Part shown: positions 18,267 to 25,826 of the stretch, piece after piece
Position numbering within the stretch: position 1 is the stretch's first letter
How the letters are laid out: every line of letters starts with the position of its first letter
Source of the DNA: a virus
Lineage: Duplodnaviria > Caudoviricetes
Virus record (IMG/VR): IMGVR_UViG_3300020508_000071
Span: 1 to 48,580 of that record
Strand: one strand, 5' to 3'
Length of the DNA stretch: 48,580 bases
Notes under the pieces: model-generated
Database searches by the model: none
The model's input: the letters and a program-made list of their open reading frames with translations, nothing else
Told to the model about the DNA's origin: nothing
Program-made: the position numbers and the translations under genes

Positions 18267-18790
18267 TACATACCTCCTAAAGGAGGCATGCCGCCACCCA
18301 TAGGTGCCGCTCCTCCGCCAGCTTGGAACCCTAAGGCCATAATGTCCTGTAATTCTTCTGCCTTCATAAATACAGTTTCGTCTTTTACTTTTCCTTCATA
18401 TCTTACTGGTGTTTGACCTTTTTTGTAGGGATATATAAAAGATTTTGGGCTAAGCAATTTCTTCTGCATCAATTGAAAAGTAACTTGATAATTTCCGTCA
18501 TTGCTGGGCATTACTGTTGCAGAACAAGGTCCAACTACTAAATAGCCCCATTCCTTAGAATAATCAGGCACTTTAAAGACTTGAATAGTTCCACCCTGTA
18601 ATGCGGCATCAAAATCGTCATCGTCCATACCAAATTGTTGTTTAAGTTGATCAAAGTGATTATTGTTGTTTTTTGAATCAGGGTTTTCAGGTGAAGTAGG
18701 TGCTGCACCCATGGGAGGTGCTGCGTCCTGCTCAAAAAACGAACAATTGAAATCATTGGATTGAATAAACTGTCTGAAAGTGCGTGTCAT
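18266..18790 (-). CDS. hypothetical protein, candidate virion-internal protein
   Basis: N-terminus MTRTFRQFIQ; Pro/Gly/Met-rich segments. Confidence 0.65.
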   Translation of the reverse strand: MTRTFRQFIQSNDFNCSFFEQDAAPPMGAAPTSPENPDSKNNNNHFDQLKQQFGMDDDDFDAALQGGTIQVFKVPDYSKEWGYLVVGPCSATVMPSNDGNYQVTFQLMQKKLLSPKSFIYPYKKGQTPVRYEGKVKDETVFMKAEELQDIMALGFQAGGGAAPMGGGMPPLGGM

Positions 18791-19296
18791 ATAGTCTATA
18801 TAGAGTTAGGTCTTGCAGAATAGAGGTAAACTTGGAATCACCCGGCTTTTCAAAATTTAGATCTTTGATGGATATTTGGGATACTTATCTATTAGAAAAT
18901 GACAACGAAACTACAATCAAAAATATTATTGATCAACATGGCTTAATAATGTTTTTCAAGAAAGATAATGAATATTTTGGTTGTGGCGAAGATGGTCGTA
19001 TTGTTTTTGCCAAAATGAAAAATCCTGACGATGATATGCCTGAAAGCTGGGAAGATGACGCAAGCTTCACGGCAACCAATCTCAGCAAAATGGTAAAAGG
19101 CGAACCTAGTCAGCAAGTGTTCAATAAAAAATCTATGAAGAATTTGAAAGTTGTAGATGGAGATAAAGTTGTAGAGCAACTAAAAAACGATGCAACTGAT
19201 GCTGGAAAAAAATTAAGCTCGATCAAAATAATTCAAATGCCGATAGCTAAAGATCGTGACCAAGCACCAAATTTTAATCGCACAGATGAAGAGTAA
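18784..19296 (+). CDS. hypothetical protein (start uncertain)
   Basis: 170-aa ORF. Confidence 0.6.
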   Translation: MSYSLYRVRSCRIEVNLESPGFSKFRSLMDIWDTYLLENDNETTIKNIIDQHGLIMFFKKDNEYFGCGEDGRIVFAKMKNPDDDMPESWEDDASFTATNLSKMVKGEPSQQVFNKKSMKNLKVVDGDKVVEQLKNDATDAGKKLSSIKIIQMPIAKDRDQAPNFNRTDEE

Positions 19297-19319
19297 CTTG
19301 CCAAGTTAAAAGAGTGATT

Positions 19320-19463
19320 TTAATTTTTTCCTATCTCGCCATGTTCTCTACAAGCAATAATAATTTTGCAATAAGTCTGCTTATAAATTGAGCCCGAATA
19401 ATCATATCTATCACTGTGTGATTTTTGATTTGCTAACAAGCTCATCTTTGGTCATTTTTTCAT
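19320..19463 (-). pseudogene. frameshifted remnant of a DUF723-like domain of phage homing endonucleases
   Basis: Two frames give MTKDELVSKSKI and HSDRYDYSGSIYKQTYCKIIIACREHGE, which match the HG.RYDYS..Y....K..I.C..HGEF pattern. Confidence 0.6.
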
Positions 19464-19522
19464 GGACTCTTATCACTACACAACATCTATAGTGCGTGGA
19501 GTTCAAAATATGGAGGTTAATA

Positions 19523-19915
19523 ATGCCTAGTCTTCTGGAGTTGCAAGATCTCTACAATGAAGCTTTAGTTCGTGAGATTATAGAAAAAACCAAAAGTTGC
19601 GGTCTTACGTGGACGCATTTGGGAGGATCACAATTTCAAGCCACAGAAATTGATGAATCACAAGATCCTAACGTAACATGGGATATGTTCATTACCAAAA
19701 CACAAATTGGTAATTTGACATACAAGTACACCCTTGATGTTAAAAAAGATGCAGTGTCTTATATAACCGTTAATGATGGTCCTTTGCCACGAACTGCTCG
19801 TGAAAGTGCCGTCAAAGAACTTTATGAGATTGTCGAAATTATAGTCCTTGAAATGGATATCAAACTTAAAGAAACAATACGTTTCGTACAACAGATTACT
19901 GATTGTCGAACCTAA
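19523..19915 (+). CDS. hypothetical protein, paralog of 43980..44330
   Basis: GGAGG SD before ATG 19523; shares the EKxKSCGxxW motif. Confidence 0.7.
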   Translation: MPSLLELQDLYNEALVREIIEKTKSCGLTWTHLGGSQFQATEIDESQDPNVTWDMFITKTQIGNLTYKYTLDVKKDAVSYITVNDGPLPRTARESAVKELYEIVEIIVLEMDIKLKETIRFVQQITDCRT

Positions 19916-19927
19916 TTGAGGAGAGGT

Positions 19928-20620
19928 ATGCCTTTGTTATTTGAAGACGCTGGTCAACCAAAAACACGCAAATATCAATGTTTTGTATGCGGAAAGAATT
20001 TTGATTCATATGATGAATACAAGCAACATATAGTTGAATCTCACGATGAAGGTCGTGAATATATTACTTGTCCTGATTGCAAATCACCAGTGCGTGATTT
20101 GAAGCTTCATTATAAAACCAAACACCCAAACCGAGTCATGCCTAAAAACGTTCAATCACGAGTTGCGATTTGGCACGACTTTAAAGTGGGTAAAAATGGT
20201 AAATCCGAAAAGAAGTCAACTAGAAAGCCGTCTTTCAGACAAGGTACTTTTTCTTCTCGTAAATGCAATCGTGATTATGATTACAAATCAGGCATGGAGT
20301 GTGATTTCTTCGAGTGTTTGGAAGCAGACCTTGATGTTGTGAATTTTAGATATGAAGAAATAAAAGTGCCTTATTTTTTCCAAGGCAAATGGCATAATTA
20401 CATTCCCGATTTAAGAGTAGATTTTATCGATGGTTCGACAGAAATTTGGGAAATAAAACCTGCAAATCAAACGCATTACGAACAAAACAAATGTAAGTGG
20501 GCAGCAGCCAATAATTACTGCACAAATTTTGGATGGCAATTTGTAGTGCTAACAGAAGTTGGTTTAGGAAAACTTAAAACTAAAATAAAACGACAACAAG
20601 CTGATTTGATGAATGAATAA
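19928..20620 (+). CDS. C2H2 zinc fingers fused to a TnsA-N / T4 gp4-like PD-(D/E)xK nuclease
   Basis: CFVC..H...H and CPDC..H...H fingers; YKSGME, YIPDL, WEIKP, K..AA..YC and F.VLTE nuclease motifs. Confidence 0.8.
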   Translation: MPLLFEDAGQPKTRKYQCFVCGKNFDSYDEYKQHIVESHDEGREYITCPDCKSPVRDLKLHYKTKHPNRVMPKNVQSRVAIWHDFKVGKNGKSEKKSTRKPSFRQGTFSSRKCNRDYDYKSGMECDFFECLEADLDVVNFRYEEIKVPYFFQGKWHNYIPDLRVDFIDGSTEIWEIKPANQTHYEQNKCKWAAANNYCTNFGWQFVVLTEVGLGKLKTKIKRQQADLMNE

Positions 20621-20635
20621 TTGTAAATAAGGACA

Positions 20636-20980
20636 ATGTACGGGAGAGTTTTGTGTTGAAAACAGAATAGGCTATCGTTTGCCAAATGGTTTAAAAACAA
20701 CGATTCAATTGCCAAAAACATAACTGGCAAAGCGGTAAGTGATCCTACAATTGTTGCAGACAAAGTTAGGCAAAAACCAGTGGATTTGCACCTTATGTCT
20801 CAATGTGATGTAATTGATAATGCTAGATCATCCGCTACAAAAGTTTTTCAAAATGTTTTACAAAAAGATCCGTTCAAATTAGAAACTGACAAACAAGCAT
20901 TCAAAAGAGAAATATCAAATGCTGTTGATGGATTGGGCAGAGCACATATACTTTTATACTATTTAGCCAGAGGCTTTTAG
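20636..20980 (+). pseudogene. ORF interrupted by an in-frame TGA at codon 8
   Basis: TAAGGA SD before ATG 20636; reads MYGRVLC*KQNRLSFAKWF... and stays in frame with ORF 20780..20980. Confidence 0.45.
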
Positions 20981-21026
20981 TGTGTTTCTAATAAAAGAAG
21001 GCTGATTTGATGAATAATTAAAATAA

Positions 21027-21323
21027 TCAAATTTGCCATCGCCCTATGCGATAAAGTCGCTTACTTCCACATCGATTCAAAAACCGCCTCAATGGATTTG
21101 GTTCTGTAATGCACGAAATTCTTATTAAAAATGGACAGAAGCCAAACCATTTAATTTTTGCTTCATCACTCAAGTTATTGATGTAATCAAGTCGCTCAAT
21201 AGCTTCTGAAAGGCTATTGCATACTTGTTCATCAAAATATGATAAGTGCATAGAGTCTTTAAAATACTCTACTTGATACCTTTTTGGTCTCCACCAATTT
21301 GAAATATTTTCTTTAAAAGACAT
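21027..21323 (-). CDS. hypothetical protein
   Basis: Likely start MSFKENISNWW; the longer GTG-start extension overlaps the orphan repeat. Confidence 0.5.
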   Translation of the reverse strand: MSFKENISNWWRPKRYQVEYFKDSMHLSYFDEQVCNSLSEAIERLDYINNLSDEAKIKWFGFCPFLIRISCITEPNPLRRFLNRCGSKRLYRIGRWQI

Positions 21324-21363
21324 CGCTAAAATCTCTTTATTAAAAAACCAACTGACGAGATGG

Positions 21364-21398
21364 GTGCCAAATGTAAGCACAAATGTAAGCACAAAAAT
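21364..21398 (-). repeat. solitary degenerate Cas12i repeat with an internal 12-bp duplication
   Basis: Removing one CAAATGTAAGCA copy gives GTGCCAAatGTaaGCACAAAAAT, 19/23 identical to the array repeat. Confidence 0.6.
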
Positions 21399-21431
21399 AT
21401 GCTTATTTTATGAGCATGCATATCTGTTCAT

Positions 21432-21605
21432 AAAATAAAAATGGCTGTACTCTCCAGCCTGTGTTCGGTTCGGCTTCACCCGATTACCCCCTTTTCAAGT
21501 CATCCTCGTGTGTTGGCGAGAATAAGGGTCCTAGGGGCACCTCATAACCACTTCACGGACTTCGCTTGACTCAACGTTGTCACCGATAGCAGGTTTCGCA
21601 TAAGC
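21432..21605 (-). ncRNA. candidate structured ncRNA at the 3' end of the tRNA-like cluster
   Basis: GC-enriched non-coding stretch ending in GGCTG-GAGAGTA-CAGCC followed by ATTTTTATTTT. Confidence 0.4.
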
Positions 21606-21607
21606 AA

Positions 21608-21710
21608 TGAATTGGGCAGGATTTAAACCTGCTTACAACTACTAAGGCCAATAGTTGCTAAACCTTAAAGCCTCCAAGGTCATGCGTGTCCCCACCACGC
21701 CGCCAATTCA
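21608..21710 (-). tRNA. tRNA-like RNA with a non-canonical anticodon arm and a long variable arm
   Basis: Acceptor GAATTGG/CCAATTC, D stem GCGT/ACGC, T arm GCAGG-TTTAAAT-CCTGC and a 10-bp variable stem; no standard anticodon loop. Confidence 0.65.
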
Positions 21711-21712
21711 AA

Positions 21713-21780
21713 TATGTTAGACAGGATTCGAACCTGCGACTGGGAGCTACCCACGCTCTGACCAACTGAGCTACTAACAT
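21713..21780 (-). tRNA. tRNA-like RNA with a shrunken anticodon arm
   Basis: Acceptor ATGTTAG/CTAACAT, D arm GCTC-AGTTGGTCA-GAGC, T arm GCAGG-TTCGAAT-CCTGT; the anticodon arm is only TGGG-TAGCT-CCCA. Confidence 0.75.
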
Positions 21781-21806
21781 CCAGTAAGCATATAGCTTAC
21801 TACAGT

Positions 21807-21878
21807 TGTCTGGAATTACTTTCTTCTCCTGTGTAGCGACTCGAACGCAGCAGGCCACCTTACTAACAACTCCAGACA
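21807..21878 (-). ncRNA. T-loop-containing structured RNA
   Basis: Closing stem TGTCTGGAG/TTCCAGACA encloses GCG-TTCGAGT-CGC; not a cloverleaf. Confidence 0.5.
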
Positions 21879-21885
21879 TCTGCAA

Positions 21886-22004
21886 TGGGTCAGGCAGGAC
21901 TCGAACCTGCACAGCAAATACTCTCCGGTGATCAAATCCGTAACCATCTTTGCCCATAAGTATCACTTGATAAAAGTGACGCTCTGCCTTTAAGCTACCG
22001 ACCC
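21886..22004 (-). tRNA. tRNA-like RNA with nominal anticodon TAT (Ile) and a 52-nt variable region
   Basis: Acceptor GGGTCGG/CTGACCC, D arm GCTT-AAAGGCA-GAGC, anticodon arm TCACT-TTTATCA-AGTGA, T arm GCAGG-TTCGAGT-CCTGC. Confidence 0.75.
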
Positions 22005-22013
22005 CTGCAATTC

Positions 22014-22042
22014 ATGATATTCACGCCAAGTAACTCAGTCAA
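22014..22042 (-). promoter_or_regulatory. sigma70-type promoter of the tRNA-like cluster
   Basis: TTGACT-N17-TATCAT; predicted TSS near 22007, a few nt before the first element. Confidence 0.7.
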
Positions 22043-22068
22043 GTAAATTACAATTTATTCCCAATGTA

Positions 22069-22089
22069 TCGCCCAAATAATTTGGGCGA
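22069..22089 (-). terminator. hairpin after the cas12i stop
   Basis: TCGCCCAAA-N3-TTTGGGCGA; no clear U-tract. Confidence 0.45.
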
Positions 22090-22106
22090 GACAGAGAATT
22101 ATTTGT

Positions 22107-25100
22107 TTACTTTTTCTTGAAGTCTTTTTGAATATCGACCAAACCGACATTGTATGCCGCTACTAAATCTGCGTTACAAACCCAAAACTGTTTGCCATTC
22201 CAATTTACAGAGGTAGCGTCAGCATCAAGCTTGTAAGTTGCAAGATAAAACATGCCACCTCTAGAAGGAAACAATAATTGATCTTCGGAACGCTGATGTA
22301 GAATGTTGGCCATTATTTGCTTGAATTTCTCAAGACTAACTCCTAGCACATCATTCTTCTTCAAGCCATAAGTTGCAAGAAAGGCCATCGCACCTTCATT
22401 GTAATAGGCATTTGTCGGTCGTTTAGAAGGCTTATCGCTCAAAAAGCTCAAAATTTCCTTGCGATTTTTCTCAGTAAGTTCACTTGGAGTGCACCGACTG
22501 TACCTAGCTCTAAACGTATTTTCAGGGTTCTTGTGAACAAAAGGATCTTGGTGAGATGTGAAATTAGGATTTACTTCTACAAATTCAAGTCCTTGATGCA
22601 TCATTACCATTTCTTTGACTTTATTAGCCACACCGCGTGCTAGCCAGTCCATCAAAAAAGAATTGGTGCTTGACTTCTTGCCTTTCTTGGTCGTGTCAGA
22701 GATGTTTTCTCCCTTAATCAACACAGGCCCGTACTTGTCGCGAAGCTCAAGTGCCTTAGCAACAATCTTGTTCGCAATTACTTCTTTCTTAGACTTGACT
22801 TTGTTTAGTCGCTTCTCCTCCAAAGCCAACCTCAAAGCAAACATCTCAGGATCAGCTTTTTGCTTATCTTCATCAGTTATAGGCGGTGCCTTAACATCTG
22901 ACTTAGAATTCTTCGGCTTCTTAAGCAAGTGGCCAAAGTAAGTACCGATCAGAGATTTGGCAACTTTGAACATCACAAAAGAAAGATTGCTCAAAGATGA
23001 TAACTTCAAAACCGATAGTTTTCCGTCTCTTAACAATTCAAAAATCTCTTCACGATATTCTTTTGCTTGTGAAGAATGATTGCGAATGGACGATTGAAGC
23101 AGCTTGCAGTACTTCATATTGAAGTAATACAAAGAAGTTTCATCATCCGCAATAGCTTCAAAGTCTTTCATAAAGTCAATTTGAATGTTGTTTCCTCTGT
23201 TGTCCTTCATGGTGCCATTTCGGTATTTCTCCAAAAATGAACGTCGAGACTCAACATGAGGCTTGCAATACAAGAGCTTTACGCCATTGTAAGAGAGTTG
23301 ATCGTAAGATTTGTCTCGCACTTGACTTTCAACGGTTACAAATCCACTTTCAATAGGCTTCACGGGCAAGTCATTGTAGTCAATCACACCATCGCCATTA
23401 GCGTGAGCTTCTATGGCTGCGTAAGTGTTTTTGCGAACGATATTAGCATCGTACCCTAAAACAACCTTATAATTCTTTTCTTTTTTCTTTTTCACCTTCG
23501 TCGCAAGAGTGACTTCAAAATTGTTGCCACGCTTACAAATGTTTATGTTGAAATCTTTGCCCCAAGTGTATCGAGGCAAGAGATTTTGCTGTCTTGCAGC
23601 TTCGAGTCGCATTTGACGTTTTTTCACTTTTCTCAAACCGACTGGGGCTGATCTAATTTGTTCAATTTGCTCAGCAGACAACGCAGGCTTGCCTTCATAC
23701 CCATTAGTTTTAGTTCGGAAACGTGCTGCCAAAGCGTCTGGCGGATTTTCGGATGTGGCTGGATAATAGACCTCTTCCAAAAACCGCGTAGATGATAAAG
23801 CATAGTGATGCTTTTCCCATCGCATCGTTTTGGTGTTTAGTACTTTAATCTCAATCCAAATGTAATTATCAACCTGATTCCTGTTGCATTTGAGATTATG
23901 CTTTAACTTGTCTTTGGGGCTGATAATCTTTCCCAACAACTTAGAATTATTCCCAAAGTTGAAACTGGGATATTTTTGAATTACAGGATTGATTTTTTGT
24001 TTTTCAACCTTGTGTTTCTTGCTAAGGAAGGTAATGCCATCAATTATCTTATCAACAGCAATATCATCTTTTCTAGAGTAAAGATAACGCAAAAGCTGAA
24101 CTAAAGGAGTCTTAGCTTCCTTTCCTACTTCTTCACAATACGTATTGATTGTTTGGCAAACATCTCCTTGATAAACCTTAATGCGTTTCTCTTTTTTGTC
24201 TTCGCTCAAAGAAGCAATATCTTCTTCGTACTTAGAATGAATTGCATTCAAGTCTTCCCAGAGTGTTTTGATATTGCTTTCTCCAATATGATGTGGGTGC
24301 AAAACCCATTTCACATTGGTGTCGCTTTCAAAATATGGAGAGTCAAAAAACCCTTCAACAATTTTGCCAAATGGCTCATTTTCATACTTGATGTCGTTTT
24401 TGGCATCAATTTGCTTTAACACAAATTTGCAATTTTTTGTAGTCATTCCCTTGATGGGCGACAATGCATTTTCAAGCATCGCACTGTAAGAGCCTAGGTA
24501 ATAAGGCCCAACTTTGCTAGCTAAAAATGCTTTGATTTTTTCCATGCACTTCCATTCGCATTCATATTCAAATCTGCCCAATTTTTCTTTCAAATTTGCA
24601 ATCAAACTTGGCACATTCACTTCATCATCGTGATTGGTTCCCAGTTCATAGTCTTGAACGATCTTAAGAATGCTGGGTGTTGCTCCCTTACGAGAACATC
24701 GAATACGAAGCTTTCGATAACTATCGCAATCTCCTGCTTTCAAAATAATAGATGCCAACTGTTCAACAGAATTGATTTGAGTTGATTCCTCAAGTAGTTG
24801 GATAACCTTGCTATAGAATTGATGCTTGGTTTGGCGATTGTTTTTAGCTCCTGTCCCAAACATCACAGAAGTGATGTAGTGAGCCGTAGAAAGACTTAGG
24901 CCAATGCATTTTTCTTTGTACATGAGCTTCAAGTCATGATGCATATCACTTCTCGATAGCTGCAATTCAGCTAATAGTCGTTCGTATTCAACACGCATGT
25001 CCTTCCATTGATGCTTTTCGGTGTCAAAATTTGAAGCAAAATACTCTTGAGCTTGAATGTCTGGTTCTGATCCAGAGTATTGTTGAAAGAGGTTGGCAAG

Positions 25101-25388
25101 ATTTGATGGCGATACACCTTGAGGCTTAGAATTAATTGGCATTACCTTGAACCAATTGACCGCCAAAAGTAAATCATCTGATATCTTGTCTTTATTTGCA
25201 GTGCCAGAAATGATATCGCGGTCAATCCCGCCGCCAAACTGATTCCAAAGTTCGAAAAATATTGGCGTTCCATCCATCAAATAATCCATGAAATTCCCAA
25301 GCAATTTCATGCGATCATGGCTTCTTGGAATCATTTTTGTTGTGTAGGCTTTGCGAGTTTCGCTTGCATTTTTTTCTTTGTTAGACAT
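22107..25388 (-). CDS. cas12i: type V-I CRISPR effector Cas12i (Cas12i1)
   Basis: 1093 aa; split RuvC motifs VVLGYDAN, LIKGENIS and CNADLVAAYNV (D1074); adjacent array; N-terminus and length match my recollection of Cas12i1; AAGGA SD. Confidence 0.95.
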   Translation of the reverse strand: MSNKEKNASETRKAYTTKMIPRSHDRMKLLGNFMDYLMDGTPIFFELWNQFGGGIDRDIISGTANKDKISDDLLLAVNWFKVMPINSKPQGVSPSNLANLFQQYSGSEPDIQAQEYFASNFDTEKHQWKDMRVEYERLLAELQLSRSDMHHDLKLMYKEKCIGLSLSTAHYITSVMFGTGAKNNRQTKHQFYSKVIQLLEESTQINSVEQLASIILKAGDCDSYRKLRIRCSRKGATPSILKIVQDYELGTNHDDEVNVPSLIANLKEKLGRFEYECEWKCMEKIKAFLASKVGPYYLGSYSAMLENALSPIKGMTTKNCKFVLKQIDAKNDIKYENEPFGKIVEGFFDSPYFESDTNVKWVLHPHHIGESNIKTLWEDLNAIHSKYEEDIASLSEDKKEKRIKVYQGDVCQTINTYCEEVGKEAKTPLVQLLRYLYSRKDDIAVDKIIDGITFLSKKHKVEKQKINPVIQKYPSFNFGNNSKLLGKIISPKDKLKHNLKCNRNQVDNYIWIEIKVLNTKTMRWEKHHYALSSTRFLEEVYYPATSENPPDALAARFRTKTNGYEGKPALSAEQIEQIRSAPVGLRKVKKRQMRLEAARQQNLLPRYTWGKDFNINICKRGNNFEVTLATKVKKKKEKNYKVVLGYDANIVRKNTYAAIEAHANGDGVIDYNDLPVKPIESGFVTVESQVRDKSYDQLSYNGVKLLYCKPHVESRRSFLEKYRNGTMKDNRGNNIQIDFMKDFEAIADDETSLYYFNMKYCKLLQSSIRNHSSQAKEYREEIFELLRDGKLSVLKLSSLSNLSFVMFKVAKSLIGTYFGHLLKKPKNSKSDVKAPPITDEDKQKADPEMFALRLALEEKRLNKVKSKKEVIANKIVAKALELRDKYGPVLIKGENISDTTKKGKKSSTNSFLMDWLARGVANKVKEMVMMHQGLEFVEVNPNFTSHQDPFVHKNPENTFRARYSRCTPSELTEKNRKEILSFLSDKPSKRPTNAYYNEGAMAFLATYGLKKNDVLGVSLEKFKQIMANILHQRSEDQLLFPSRGGMFYLATYKLDADATSVNWNGKQFWVCNADLVAAYNVGLVDIQKDFKKK

Positions 25389-25618
25389 GGTATTCCTTAG
25401 TAAGTTTTAAGTGCCGTGGTAGGCCGTAATTGTAGTTGGAATTGTAGTTGTGATTGATTTCAATCAAAACAAGTTGCCAGATTTTGGCGTGAAAAAAGAT
25501 GTGTAAGCAATTCAAAGGTTAACGCATAATGAAGGCTCCTTTCAAGTCATGAGAAAAATAGACACCTCTATGATGCTTTTTTGATCGGAGTAGTCTAGCA
25601 ATTTTTCCGAAACTATTA

Positions 25619-25720
25619 CTAATTTCTTTGGTCGTGCTTGTCTTTCAGCCTAAAGATATAAGCGAAAAACAAAAAAACCAATATAAGCGAAGAAATCGCA
25701 GCCATTACGTCTACATTCAT
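25619..25720 (-). CDS. 33-aa single-transmembrane peptide (not in the ORF track)
   Basis: MNVDVMAAISSLILVFLFFAYIFRLKDKHDQRN: hydrophobic helix followed by a charged tail. Confidence 0.45.
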   Translation of the reverse strand: MNVDVMAAISSLILVFLFFAYIFRLKDKHDQRN

Positions 25721-25826
25721 ATTTGTTTACCAAAAAAATTGAAATGCGTGAGTTTGCTCTTATCGAGTCGTAAATTTTTATAAAAATTTAGTGTGACTTG
25801 TAAATATTAGGGTTTGTGCCGTTTCC

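Noticed and set aside
21658-21966. 102-aa ORF on -
   Set aside because: Runs across the tRNA-like elements; better explained as RNA.
19928-25388. CRISPR-associated transposon (TnsA-like gene near Cas12)
   Set aside because: No TnsB, TnsC or TniQ is present, the RuvC catalytic motifs are intact, and gp4/TnsA-like nucleases are common in T4-like phages.
25407-25463. AAC/AAT-rich frame NHNYNSNYNYGLPR resembling a DGR template repeat
   Set aside because: No reverse transcriptase or matching variable repeat was seen in the window, and the tract is very short.
25389-25826. tracrRNA for the Cas12 effector
   Set aside because: No extended anti-repeat was seen, only the 8-nt match beside the last repeat; type V-I does not require one.
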